Shown here: positions 22,830 through 36,424 of the stretch, one piece after another
Numbering within the stretch: the first letter of the stretch is position 1
How the letters are laid out: each line of letters starts with the position of its first letter
Source of the DNA: Mobula hypostoma
Lineage: Eukaryota
Assembly (NCBI RefSeq): GCF_963921235.1
Contig: NC_086097.1
Location: forward strand, 234,548,001 to 234,612,000
Reading direction: 5' to 3'
Length of the DNA stretch: 64,000 nucleotides
Notes under the pieces: model-generated
What the model was told of the DNA's origin: nothing
What the model saw: the letters and a program-made list of their open reading frames with translations, nothing else
Databases searched by the model: none
Translations under genes and position numbers: made by a program

Positions 22830-25800
22830 GAGGGGTGTAAAGTGAGGGTAGAAGCAAAAAGTAGTAAGGAGAAAAGTAGAAGTGGCAGGCCGACAAATCC
22901 AGGGCAAGCATTAGAAAGGGCCACTTTTCAACATGATTTTATAAGGGCTAAGAGAGTTGTAAAAGAGCCTGAAGGCTTTGTGTGTCAATGCAAGGAGCAT
23001 TTGTAATAAGGTGGATGAATTGAAAGTGCAGATTGTTATTAATGATTATGATATTGTTGGGATCACAGAGACATGGCTCCAGGGTGACCAAAGATGGGAG
23101 CTCAACGTTCAGGGATATTCTATATTCAGGAGGGATAAACATGAAAGAAAAGGAGGTGGGGTGGCGTTGCTGGTTAAAGAGGAGATTAACGCAATAGAAA
23201 GGAAGGACATAAGCCGGGAAGATGTGGAATCGATATGGGTAGAGCTGCGTAACACTAAGGGGCAGAAAACGCTGGTGGGAGTTGTGTACAGGCCACCTAA
23301 CAGTAGTTGTGAGGTCGGAGATGGTATTAAACAGGAAATTAGAAATGTGTGCAATAAAGGAACAGCAGTTATAATGGGTGACTTCAATCTACATGTAGAT
23401 TGGGTGAACCAAATTAGTAAAGGTGCTGAGGAAGAGGATTTCTTGGAATGTACGCGGGCTGGTTTTTTGAACCAACATGTCGAGGAACCAACTAGAGAGC
23501 AGGCTATTCTGGACTGGGTTTTGAGCAATGAGGAAGGGTTAATTAGCAATCTTGTCATGAGAGGCCCCTTGGGTAAGAGTGACCATAATATGGTGGAATT
23601 CTTCATTAAGATGGAGAGTGACATAGTTAATTCAGAAACAAAGGTTCTGAACTTAAAGAGGGGTAACTTTGAAGGTATGAGACGTGAATTAGCTAAGATA
23701 GACTGGCAAATGATACCTAAAGGATTGACGGTGGATATGCAATGGCAAGCATTTAAAGATTGCATGGATGAACTACAACAATTGTTCATCCCAGTTTGGC
23801 AAAAGAATAAATCAAGGAAGGTAGTGCACCCGTGGCTGACAAGAGAAATTAGGGATAGTATCAATTCCAAAGAAGAAGCATACAAATTAGCCAGAAAAAG
23901 TGACTCACCTGAGGACTGGGAGAAATTCAGAGTTCAGCAGAGGAGGACAAAGGGCTTAATTAGGAAGAGGAAAAAAGATTATGAGAGAAAACTGGCAGGG
24001 AACATAAAAACTGACTGTAAAAGCTTATATAAATATGTAAAAAGGAAAAGACTGGTAAAGACAAATGTAGGTCCCCTACAGACAAAAACAGGCGAATTGA
24101 TTATGGGGAGCAAGGACATGACAGACCAATTGAATAATTACTTTGTTCACTAAGGAGGACATAAATAATCTTCCAGAAATAGTAGGGGACAGAGGGTCCA
24201 GTGAGATGGAGGAACTGAGTGAAATACATGTTAGTAGGGAAGTGGTGTTTGGTAAATTGAAGGGATTGAAGGCAGATAAATCCCCAGGGCCAGATGGTCT
24301 GCATCCTAGAGTGCTTAAGGAAGTAGCCCAAGAAATAGTGGATGCATTAGTGATAATTTTTCAAAACTCGTTAGATTCTGGACTAGTTCCTGAGGATTGG
24401 AGGGTGGCTAATGTAACCCCACTTTTTAAAAAAGGAGGGAGAGAGAAACCAGGGAATTATAGACCGGTTAGCCTAACGTTGGTGGTGGGGAAACTGCTAG
24501 AGTCAGATATCAAAGATGTGATAACAGCACATTTGGGAAGCGGTGAAATCATCGGACAAAATCAGCATGGATTTGTGAAAGGAAAATCATGTCTGACGAA
24601 TCTCATAGAATTTTTTGAGGATGTAACTGGTAGAGTGGATAGGGGAGAACCAGTGGATGTGGTATATTTGGATTTTCAAAAGGCTTTTGACAAGGTCCCA
24701 CACAGGAGATTAGTGTGCAAACTTAAAGCACACGGTATTGGGGGTAAGGTATTAATGTGGATAGAGAATTGGTTGGCAGACAGGAAGCAAAGAGTGGGAA
24801 TAAACAGGACCTTTTCAGAATGGCAGGCGGTGACTAGTGGGGTACCGCAAGGCTCAATGCTGGGACCCCAGTTGTTACAATATATACTAATGACTTGGAT
24901 GAGGGAATTAAATGCAGCATCTCCAAGTTTGCGGATGACACGAAGCTGGGTGGCAGTGTTAGCTGTGAGGAGGATGCTAAGAGGATGCAGGGTGACTTGG
25001 ATAGGTTGGGTGAGTGGGCAAATTCATGGCAGATGCAATTTAATGTGGATAAATGTGAAGTTATTCACTTTGGTGGCAAAAATAGGAAAACAGATTATTA
25101 TCTGAATGGTGGCCGATTAGGAAAAGGGGAGGTGCAACGAGACCTGGGTGTCATTATACACCAGTCATTGAAAGTGGGCATGCAGGTACAGCAGGCGGTG
25201 AAAAAGGCGAATGGTATGCTGGCATTTATAGCGAGAGGATTCGAGTACAGGAGCAGGGAGGTACTACTGCAGTTGGACAAGGCCTTGGTGAGACCACACC
25301 TGGAGTATTGTGTGCAGTTTTGGTCCCCTAATCTGAGGAAAGACATCCTTGCCATAGAGGGAGTACAAAGAAGGTTCAGCAGATTGATTCCTGGGATGGC
25401 AGGACTTTCATATGATGAAAGACTGGATGAACTGGGCTTGTACTCGTTGGAATTTAGAAGATTGAGGGGGGATCTGATTGAAACGTATAAAATCCTAAAG
25501 GGATTGGACAGGCTAGATGCAGGAAGATTGTTCCCGATGTTGGGGAAGTCCAGAACGAGGGGTTACAGTTTGAGGATAAAGGGGAAGCCTTTTAGGACCG
25601 AGATTAGGAAAAACTTCTTCACACAGAGATTGGTGAATCTGTGGAATTCTCTGCCACAGGAAACAGTTGAGGCCAGTTCATTGGCTATATTTAAGAGGGA
25701 GTTAGATATGGCCTTTGTGGCTACGGGGATCAGCGGGTATGGAGGGAAGGCTGGGGCAGGGTTCTGAGTTGGATGATCAGCCATGATCATAATAAATGGC

Positions 25801-25863
25801 GGTGCAGGCTCGAAGGGCCGAATGGCCTACTCCTACACCTATTTTCTATGTTTCTATGTTTCT
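22830..25863 (+). mobile_element. CR1 LINE with near-complete ORF2 (copy C), 5'-truncated
   Basis: TSD ATGCA (22825-22829, 25864-25868); ORFs 22978-24153, 24143-25105 and 24895-25767 give APE plus RT with two frameshifts; (tttctatg)3 tail. Confidence 0.95.
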
Positions 25864-26204
25864 ATGCACTGTATTTCTGCCACAAAACAACGAATTTCAT
25901 GACTAATGTTTGGACAATAAACCGGGCTCTGATTCTGATTGGCTCCACCCTGTGCAGTGCAGGATCTTGAGACTGAAAACCCTGATTAACAGCAGAGATG
26001 TCAGGCTGAACTGGCTGTCAGAAGTCTCTGTCATTCATAACACTCTAAAGCAATTTTTAAAATTTAAACACACTAGTAAAACAGTTTAGTTGTTAATAAA
26101 TAGACTCCTTAAAAAATAGAATACTTGAAAATGCAAGACAGCACTGTCAAACAAATAAATATTATTTTTAAATTAATGAAATTGAAAGAAATGTATTTTT
26201 TTAA

Positions 26205-26875
26205 AACTTTGAGATATAGCATAGTAACAGGCTCTTCCAGTCTAACCAGCCTGAGTCACTCAATAACAAAGGTGGCCAATAAAACCACTATCCCATATGG
26301 GTCTGGAATGAGGGAGGAAACTGTAGCACACAGAGGAAATCCATACAGTCATGGAGAGAATGTACAAACTCCTTATAGACAGCAGTGGAAATATGGCCAA
26401 TTGACCTTTCTCTTCTGCATTTGTTCTTTGAAATGAATGGACTGGCTACATCTGTGCCAAGTTTGTTCAGGGACAGATTTCCCAATGAGTGAATCTGGGA
26501 AACTGTGTATATTCCTGCTCCATTACTGGTCTACAGAAGCAGTCTGGCAACGAAGAACAATAGGTTTTATTTTTTTTTAAATTTTATTTGGAGATACAAC
26601 ATGGAACAGGCCTATCTGGCCCTTCGAGCTGTGCTGTCAAGCAAACCCCTATTTAACCCTAGCCTAATCAGGAGACAATTTACAATGACCAATTAACCTA
26701 CTAACTGTTACGTTTTTGGACTCTGGGAGGAAACCTGAGCACCCGGAGGAAACCCACGCATTCCATGGGGAGGACATACAAACTCCTTACAGGGGCTGCC
26801 AGGATTGAACCCTGAACTGCAGCGCCTGAAGCTGTAATACCATCATGCTAACTGCTACACTACCATGGCACTCAT
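26205..26875 (-). mobile_element. Two HE1/V-SINE-like copies (about 26205-26390 and 26580-26875)
   Basis: acaatttacaatgaccaattaacctact...gggaggaaacc.gagcacccggaggaaacccac...caaactccttac. Confidence 0.75.
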
Positions 26876-27639
26876 TTGACAGCAACTTTCAGATAATTAG
26901 ATATTTGAGGCTAGTGTTCATGCATGCTTGGAATGACCTTCCAGGCAGAACTCTGAGCTTTTATGCAAAGTGCAAGCCATTACATGAACTTATTTCTTTG
27001 GACAAATATTAGTTCAACAAAACAAAAGCAACTTCATCCTTAAATTTTCTTGGCTGCTAACATAATCATTATTATTAATAGCTGCAGGACAGATGCAAAG
27101 CAGCCCTCTTGAATGTATAAAGAGTTCTGCATTCTGCTTGTTTTATCAGTGCACATAGGGAAATAGAGCTTAGATTTCCCCTTGCTCTGCTCAATTTTGT
27201 CAGTATTTGAAATAGTTGTAACAGCTTTCTAACACACTAATTAATTGATTTTTTTCTCTCTGTTGCGCTTTAACAGATTTACACAAACTGTAACCTCATT
27301 ACTTGGCAAGTTGTTCATTCTGCTATTGCCATTGAATTGAAGTCAAATGTCAGGAGTGCCTAAAAATAAGGCCTTAATTTGTGGAAACCAACATGTAAAG
27401 CAGTGAAGCAATGTGCAGCAGAAAGAGCGAAGCAACTGATCACAACAATGATTTGTAGTCCTGTCACACTCCAGCATGAATGATGGTGTGCAGGCAGATA
27501 ATCACAATAGGAGGATACTCAAAGAATTTTCCAACATCAATCCAACATAGTGAGTATTAAACAGCCTTTACACTCACCTTTTGCCAGAAATGCTGAATAG
27601 TCTCTTCCTTAGCTCTCAGGTATTACGGATACCAACATA

Positions 27640-28760
27640 GAAAACAGAACATAGAATATAGAACAGTAAAGCACAGGATCAGCCCCTTCAGCCCACAATG
27701 TTGTGTCAAACCAATTAAACTTGTAATTACACACAAGAGAAAGTCTACAGATTAGTAATTAGTAATTTAATAGTAATCAAATGACCAAATAAACAAATTC
27801 CTTCTACCTACACAATGTCCATATCCTTCCATTTTCCTCACATTCATGTGCCAATGTAAGAGTCTTTTAAAATCATTTAGTTAATTTGGTTAATTTCATG
27901 AAATAATAAGAAAAGGCTTAGATTGGATAAGAGGTGCATAAGGCTTGGATTGGATTGGGTAAGAATTGCAAAAGGTTTGGAATTAGTGTGGAAATAATAA
28001 GAAGAGGATAGGATACAACAAAGGCTAATTAGGGCTCTGGACATCTTAAACATCAATTTTAGAGGCATATCTGTCAAACTGATCCAGTTCAGAAAATGGA
28101 ACATAGAATATACGGTATGTACGGTACAGGAAGTATAGAAACATAGACATGTACAGCATATTACAGGCCCTTTGGCCCACAATATTGTGCCGACCATGTA
28201 ACCTACTCTATAAACTGCCTAAAATTTCCCTACTGCATAGTCCTCTACTTTTCTAAGCTCCATGTACCTATCTAAGTGTCTCTTAAAAGACCCTATTGTA
28301 TCGGCCTCTACCACCTTTGCTGGCAGTGCATTCCATGCACCCACCACTCTCTGTGTGATAAACTTACCTCTGACATCCCCCTTGTACCTACTTTCAAGCA
28401 CCTTAAAACTATGCCTCCTCGTGTTGGTCATTTCAGCCCTGGGAAAAAGCCTCTGGCTATTCACATGATCAATGCCTCTACTGCCCTAGGAATAGTGTTG
28501 TACTGCCCACAATGTTGTACCAAACCAATTATATCAGTAATCCAATTGCCAACCAAACCAATCTCCTCTGCCTACACAACGTCCATCCCCTTCCGCTTCC
28601 CTTACATCCATGTGCCCATCTAAACATCTCTTAAAGTCCCTGATGTACCTGCACCTACACCACTCCAGATATCACATTACAGGCATCTACCACTCTCCAT
28701 TTAAAAACTTGTCCCTCACATCTCCTTTGAAATGTGATCTCACCCTAAATGCATGTCCTT
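27640..28760 (-). mobile_element. Cluster of CR1 3'-end fragments
   Basis: catagaa repeats, ggccc.t.ggcccacaat; ORF 28219-28464 RGKFITQRVVGAWNALP. Confidence 0.75.
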
Positions 28761-29582
28761 TCCAGCAGATGCTGAAAAGTCCTGCTGAAGTGCCTCGGTC
28801 CAAATGTCAACTGCTCACTGCATAGATGACTTGCTGAGTTCCTTCAGCGCTTTCTGTGTGAAACATGTTTTAAGTAGCAGATACAAGAGAAAATGCCTCT
28901 AATAGAGTGAGGAACAAAGTTCCTCGGGTAATACTACTACTTTGATACTAGCATTTAGATAGAGAAAATAAAGAACACCTTGGAACTGTGTCAATGATCG
29001 ATAACTTCATTTCTTATACTCTCTCTGTGGATGCTGCCTGACCTGCTGATTGTTCCCACCATTTCTGTTTTTGCTTCAGATTCCATCGTTCACATTTGGT
29101 TTTCCTCTGATAATCGAATTCTTAGAAAACGAAAAGCTTACGCTTACCATCAAGGTGACGTTTGACTTAATGGGGCATCAAAGAACCCCAGAAAGCTGAA
29201 GTCAGTGGTGATTAGGGTACGATTTTACAGATTGGAATCCTATCCTCCTGCCTGCCTGCCGTGCTGATCTTTTAAGTTCCACAGCCCTAGTCTGTGAGGT
29301 TCATTCAAAGTCACATCACTAAATATTAACTCGTTCTCCCAGCTGTGGACGGTGGTTGCTAAGTTTTCAAAAAGTAAGCTGCATTAAGGCAATGTATCAA
29401 GGTATCTTTAACAGCAGTTCTCAGGTCTGGAGGGAGGACCACCCAGAATAACAACAAAGTCCTCTGTAAGGCAATGCCATTGTCTGTAAAGTCCTCACTT
29501 AGTCAATATATTTATAAATCTAGACTCACTTAGTCCAGACTTGGAGATATATTTGTAGTTCCTTTATAATCACTGGATTCAT

Positions 29583-29896
29583 ATAGAAACATAGAAAATA
29601 GGTGCAGGAGTAGGCCATTCGGCCCTTCGAGCCTGCACCGCTATTTATTATGATCATGGCTGATCATCCAACTCAGAACCCCGCCCCAGCCTTCCCTCCA
29701 TACCCCCTGACCCCCGTAGCCACAAGGGCCATATCTAACTCCCTCTTAAATATAGCCAATGAACTGGCCTCAACTGTTTCCTGTGGCAGAGAATTCCACA
29801 GATCCACCACTCTCTGTGTGAAGAAGTTTTTCCTAATCTCGGTCCTAAAAGGCTTCCCCTTTATCCTCAAACTGTGGCCCCTCGTTCTGGACTTCA
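29583..29896 (-). mobile_element. CR1 3' fragment (copy C subfamily)
   Basis: Near-identical reverse complement of about 25545-25863. Confidence 0.92.
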
Positions 29897-30324
29897 CTGC
29901 TTGCTTCCTCAGTGGGAGGGCCATTATTAGATGAGAAGCAGTAATTCAAGACGGAAGCTCACTTCCACCTTAATAATGTCACAACCATCGAATCTGCCAC
30001 AAGGTTGTGTGCCCTCACAGGTGGGCAGCAGAAGGGCTTTGGCAATCACACTTATGACTATGAATTTTCCAGCCAATTAGTGTTTTACTGTGGTGGTATT
30101 TAACTTCCTTCATCTCATGCCAGTCTTGTCAAGACTGAACCAAAACACAGCAACGTCTATGTTCCCTGCTTACCTTCGTCCTTGTTCTGGGAAAGAAGTC
30201 TACCATTTTGATTGATGCTGTAAAAGAGTGGTATTCATCTAATAATGAGCTCCTGCTTCTGAGCTGTAATGTTGGCTTTAGATTTCAGTTTGAGAAATTT
30301 ACTTAACAGCCCCGTTGGCCCAGC

Positions 30325-31235
30325 ATTTATACTTTATACTTTATTATCACCAAACAATTGGTACTAGAACGTACAATCATCACAGCGATATTTGATTCTG
30401 CGCTTCACACTCCCTGGATTACAAATATTAAGAATAGTTAAAATTAGTAAATATTAAAAAATTAAATTATAAATCATAAATAGAAAATAGAAAAATGGGA
30501 AGTAAGGTAGTGCAGAACAACCGAGAGGCAGGTCCGGATATTTGGAGGTTACGACCCAGATCCGGGTCAGGATCCGTTCAGCAGTCTTATCACAGTTGGA
30601 AAGAAGCTGTTCCCAAATCTGGCCATACGAGTCTTTAAGCTCCTGAACCTTTTCCCGAAGGGAAGAGGGACGAAAAGTGTGTTGGCTGGGTGGGTCGTGT
30701 CCTTGATTATCCTGGCAGCACTACTCCGACAGCGTGCGATGTAAAGTGAGTTCACAGACGGAAGACTGGTTTGTGTGATGTGCTGTGCCGTGTTCACGAT
30801 CTTCTGCAGCTTCTTTTGGTTTTGGACAGGACAACTTCCATACCAGGTTGTGATGCACCCTAGAGGAATGCTTTCTATGGTGCATCTATAAAAATTAGTG
30901 AGGGTTTTAGGGGACAGGCCAAATTTCTTTAGTTTTCTCAGGAAGTAAAGGTGCTGGTGGGCCTTCTTGGCAGTGAACTCTGCTTTGTTGAACCAAGTCA
31001 GGTCATTTGTGATATTGACCCCAAGGAACTTAAAGCTTTTGACCTGTTCCACTTGCGCACCACTGATGTAAATTGGGTCGTGCGGTCCACTAATCCTTCT
31101 GAAGTCAACAACCAATTCTTTCGTCTTGCTGACGTTGAGGGATAGGTTATTATCTTCACACCATGCCACCAGGTTCTTAATTTCCTCTCTGTACTCAAAC
31201 TCATCATTACCCGAGATACGGCCTACAATTGTTTT
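30325..31235 (-). mobile_element. 5'-truncated Rex1/Babar-like LINE
   Basis: ORF 30567-31169 WCEDNNLSLNVSKTKELVVDFRR..FKFLG..LYFLRKLKKF..FYRCTIES; (tataaag)n tail. Confidence 0.88.
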
Positions 31236-31964
31236 TCCTTCATCCTGCGCAGTTCTTATTCATTATTATGAACTGTTTATTACTATTATTGTGAACTCAT
31301 TATGAACAGTTCAGTGACTCTTCCCCCTGCTTCAATGTCTCTCCCCCTGCATTTGGGCCATAACTGCACCCTTGTTAAAAAAGGGCAATTAGGGTGAATA
31401 AATATTGGTTTTAATCATGATGTCCACAAATAATGAATGATTAAAATCACACACCAAACATATGCTCTCTCTGTGCACTGCATATGCCATCCATATTCAC
31501 TCTGATACGCCTCCTGCACATCCACATCACCTATTCTCATATGTCATCTCTCACACCGTCCTCACTACATACCTGCTCATTTTACACACATTTAATCTCC
31601 CAATAACATACACATTCCACCACACAACCTCCTCAGCTATCTATAACACATTTGCTTTTACCCCTTCTCTTTATTCTTTTCATGGGTGTTAGGTGGTTTT
31701 GTGGACCCAAGACTTTTTGGACAAAAATGCAAAGCTATATTATCTCTGAAGCCAATTGTCTTTAACTACAAATATATGGATCAAGCAAGTACTGAGTCTC
31801 AAGTCCCCTGTCAGTAAAGCTGACACTTACATGGTGTCTAATGTTCTTACTCAACTTCTACCATTAAGCTGGCATTTCATGTCTTAGCTGATTGCAGTGA
31901 AAGAACAACTTATAGCAAGTCTTTATATTTCTTCTGTGTGTCTCATATGCATATGTCAACAACT

Positions 31965-32430
31965 GAAATTGAAATTGAAATATCTTTATTGTCATTGCGT
32001 AGTACAATTTGTCATGCAACAATACAGCGAAAATGAGTTTGCAAGTCTCATACTCTATGCTATAAAACAACAAATAAAATAAATAAACAATAAATAAACT
32101 CAAGTAACCAGCCAGTACAAGCAATATCCAGCAGTAAAAAAGCACAACTCAGATGCATGACAGCCATAAAACCGGTATTAAAGTAGCAATATAACACATT
32201 TATGGATGATGCTTGATCGATTGGTTCAGAGCAATTATAGCTCTGGGGTAAAATCTATTTTTCAGTCTGGAGGTGCGGGCATAGAATATCTTATAACGTC
32301 TGCCACGTGGAAGAAGTTCAAACAAATGATTGCATGAGTGTGTATTGTCCTTACAGATGCTTGTAGCTTTTCTTAGGCAGCAAGAGCTGTAGATGTCCTC
32401 CAGGGCTGGGAGCTGTATCCCGATGAACTG
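31965..32430 (-). mobile_element. LINE 3' end (Rex/L2-like)
   Basis: (attgaa)n tail with ctttattgtcatt on +; decayed coding remnant. Confidence 0.55.
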
Positions 32431-32994
32431 GTTCTGTGAATGATGCCTATACTTGTTGCTTTCTCATGTGTGCAGTGGTTAATTCTAACGAATCATTTGC
32501 CATTGCTGGCGACCCTGACGGATTGTTATCTTGTATGAAGCACCCTCTAAACACTCCAGTAATGGTGCTCCTAAAACTGGAGAAGTGTGGTTGATCCTTT
32601 ATTAACATCTAGCAAAGCATACAGTATTGAAGTGATTCACTCAAGCATAACTAAGCATAAATAAGCTGTCGTTCAGCAGCTCCGAACTGCCCAGAACAAA
32701 GCACAAATACATAACTTATTCCCTTCACTTTTACCACGCCCCCACTCACGTGATTAGTTATCATAAAAGCATCATAAACGCGCAACACAGAATACAAAGT
32801 AGATAGAAAACAGATGCATGTCCTCTTACCATATTTCATTGGTTTTCACAAACTATGTTGTGTTTAAATTTGGGAAAAATTAGAAGTGCTGTTTATGACC
32901 CCTCCATTAAATTTGAAAAGACTTGGCGGCCATTTATTTAGCATTTTCATATGATGTAATTTGACCATTTCCAAACTTATTTTACTTCTCTGTA

Positions 32995-33358
32995 ATGTTG
33001 GTTGAGAGGAACAGAGTCATCGACACTAAGGTTTTCTTTTCTCTCATTTTTTACGATGTTAAAAAACAGCCCAGGTCTTTTTTTTTAGTTTAGTTGATTA
33101 ATTCTGTTTAGATTAGTTTTTTTTTTAGGGGGTTATTATTTTTTTTTCTGTTTTCATGATTTTTTTTTAGATATTTTTCTTTGTTTTGTGTTATTCATTT
33201 GTATCCTATATGATTGGGAGTTTTATCATTTAAGTGTTATCTGGCTTTATAATCACTCATGTTAATTATAACAACGTATTCCCAATAACTTGGTACTACC
33301 ACCATGTTATGTTTATATTTTTATGAAATTAATAAAAAGATTGAAAAAGAAAGAAAAC
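32995..33358 (+). mobile_element. Probable L1/Tx1-like 3' UTR
   Basis: T-rich tract ending aattaataaaaagattgaaaaagaaagaaaa. Confidence 0.45.
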
Positions 33359-33929
33359 AGATCCATGGCTCCTACAATATGAATTCTTTGCTTCATGAGT
33401 GTTTAATCTCAATATGTTTTCACCAGTTAATCCTTCTCATTGATAACAACACAAGATGTATTCTTGGTCAACAGCTGCCTTTGATGATCATCTTTAATGT
33501 GCCTATTTCTTAGAGTGAAGTTGAGTATGGTTCAGTCATCAATCATGTTCTTCTAAAAAAATCAGGAGCATTGAAATATTTTGTAATGAACAAGAACACT
33601 TTGGATGACGATACTTCAGCTGAAGGACTGGAGGTGGATTATGACAATGTTCGCTTATATTGTACATAGAATCTAGTTAAAAGTTGCAAAGTGCTTCAGA
33701 AGAATTAGATAAAAATTGTAAAGAAAATGAAGAATGAAATACTGATTTCTTCTAATATTTGCCGCTGTTCTATACTTTCCTTTGTAGATGGATGTTACGT
33801 CTATAACGTTAGTATTTGGTCACATAATCTGCCTTATTATAAACACAAGAGTTTCTGCAGATGCTGAAAATCCAGAGTAACACTTCAGTGACAACCAACC
33901 AGCACATCGTGGATGCATGGTTAGCCCGT

Positions 33930-35440
33930 AAGACCATAAGGCCATAAGACATGGGAACAGAATTAGGCCATTCTGCCCATTGAGTCTGCTCCGCTATTCC
34001 ATTATGGCTGATCCTGGATCCCACTCAACCCCATACTCCTGCCGTCTCGCCATATCCTTTGATGCTCTGATCAATCAGGAAGCGATCAACTTCCGCCTTA
34101 AATATTAGCACAGACTTGGACTCCACCACCATCTGTGGCAGAGCATTCCACAGATTTACTACTCTCTGGCTAAAAAAGTTCCTCCTTACCTCTGTTCTAA
34201 AGGGTTATCCCTCAATTTTGAGCGCTGGTCCTTCTTGTTTTGGATACCCCAGCAGAGCAAACATCCTCTCCAAATCCAACTTAAGTCCTTCTACAGCCTT
34301 CTTGCTTCCTCAGAACTACCTGACCCTCCATCTATCTTAATACCACTCACAAACCTAGCCACAAAGCCATCAATTCCATCATCAAAATCATTGATGTACA
34401 ACAAAAGAAGTTGTCTCAACAGTGACCCCTGTGGAACACCACTAGTTACTGACAGCCAACTGGAAAAGGTGCCCATTATTCCCTCTTTTCGCCCTCTGCC
34501 AATCAACCAATGTTCTATCCATGCTGGTACATTTCCTGTAACACCATGGCTCTTATCTTGTTAAGCAGCTTCATCTGTGGTACCATAACAAAGGCCTTCT
34601 GAAAATCCAAGTTCATAATAATGACTGATTCTCCTTTGTCTATCCTGCTTGTTATTTCCTCAAAGAATTCCATCAGATTTGTCAGGAAGGATTGCCCCTT
34701 AAGGAAACCATGCTGACTTTGGCTTATTTTGCCATTTGCCTCCAAGTACCTTGAGACCATATCCTTAACAATTGAATCCAAGACCTTTCTAACTGCTGAA
34801 GTCAGGCTAACTGGCCTATAATTTCCTTTCTTCTGTCTCCCTCTTTTCTTGGAGAGTGGAGTGACAATTTTTCAGTCCTGCGGAACCATGTCAGAATCTA
34901 TTGATTCCTAAAAGATCATCACTAATGCCTCCACGATCTCCTCAGCTACCTCTTTCAGAAGCCAGAATCCTGTCCAGTTGTCTTATCTAACTTCAGACCT
35001 TTCAGCTTCCCAAACATCTTCTCCTTGGAAATAGTAATTGCATTCACTCCTGCTGCCAACTCTTTCAAACTCCTGAAATACTGTTGGTGTCTTCCACAGT
35101 GACAACTGATATAAAATACTTATTCAGTTCATTGGCCATTTCCTTGTCCCTTACTACTACCTGTCCATCATCTCCAATGGTTCAATATCTACTCTCATTG
35201 CTCTTTTACTGTTTATATAATGGAAAAACCTTTTGGTATCCTTTTTGAAATTATTGGCTAGTTTACCTTCGCATTTCTTCTTTTAACTCCTTATGGCTTT
35301 TTTACTTGCCTTCTGTTGGTTTTTAAAAGCTTCCCAATCCAATAACCTCTCACTAATTTTTGTTCTATTACATGCCCTCTCTTTTGTTTTTACATTATTT
35401 CTGCTTCCCTTGTCAGTTACGGTTGCATCATTCTGTCTTT
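33930..35440 (-). mobile_element. Degenerate CR1 with an internal deletion near 34290
   Basis: ORFs 34291-34506 (VPQGSLL) and 34515-34781 (DFQKAF); the 3' tail ccataag repeats are joined directly to mid-RT. Confidence 0.85.
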
Positions 35441-36424
35441 AGAATACTCATTATTATTCATCTCTAGTTGCAATAGCATCTCAGTAAATATAGACGGCAA
35501 TATACTTTCAACTACTTATAGAGTTAGCTTTGTGAGCTAGTACTAGTTCTCATTTTTGATTAATATGATTTTTGAGCAAGTTATGTGTTTTCCTATCAAA
35601 AGCAATTGGTGCAAATTCTGACACCAATTACATTCCATCTATCTGTAAAACTGACACTCCAGGGAAATTCAAATGACTGGACATAAAGGGATTGTATTGA
35701 GCCTCCAGTGACTAGAAATTTTGAACTAAGTCTGCAAAATTTGCCCAGGCGTGTTCATGAGATATTGAATTGACAGTATCTCATTTATATAAATAAACAG
35801 ATAGACATACTAATAGCAACACACAATAAATCTTTCAGCATTAGAAGGTAGGTTGTTCAAATCAATAGTGGCATGTGTACCATGTATTGAATAGATGCAA
35901 TTCAATGTCACTGTGCAAGAAGATATCCTGAATGTCTTTGACTTCAAATATGAACAGACAATGAACAGAGTTCAGAAAGGAGGGTTCTGTTTGCTTCAAG
36001 GCTTTGGAGGTAAAGTGGCTGAGCACTTCAAGTTCCTAGATGCAAACATCAACAAAGTTTGCGGAGAAAACTCGATGGGCCAAATGGCTTAATTCTGCTC
36101 GTAGGACTCTGCAATTCATGTTAATGAGATTCTGGTTACTCCTTTTTTTATTGCTATTTTGCGCAATTTTGATTCAGGGCAGATTGACGATATGGCCTGC
36201 AGTCATTCAACGACAAAGTGCTAAACTGGACTGAATTGAACTGAACTATCATTCCTAGACTGTTTCAAGGACATTACGATTTAATGTATAATATTCTGTC
36301 TGTAATTCACTCATTGTTTGCCATCTGCATGATATGTTCTTTTTTTCTTGCGTGTTGAGTGTTTGATGGTTTCTTTGAACGGATACCGTTGTGTTTCTTT
36401 GTTTTAGGTTGTCTGCGGGATGAC

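Noticed and set aside
23109..23885. Long antisense ORFs over LINEs (e.g. 258 aa here, 191 aa at 18594-19169, 200 aa at 56414-57016)
   Set aside because: Shadow ORFs from LINE codon bias; no recognisable domains, and many use non-ATG starts
4943..25767. Prokaryotic RT system (retron, DGR, group II intron) or CRISPR array
   Set aside because: All RTs carry eukaryotic LINE or LTR signatures; there is no operon structure and no regularly spaced repeat-spacer array
30567..31169. DUF1891/ALKBH8-like host gene (also 56258-57028)
   Set aside because: It is the C-terminal region of a Rex1/Babar-type RT, multi-copy here and followed by LINE tails
33585..33670. Acidic peptide-like stretch KNTLDDDTSAEGLEVDYDN
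   Set aside because: Short, no convincing splice sites and no recognisable family
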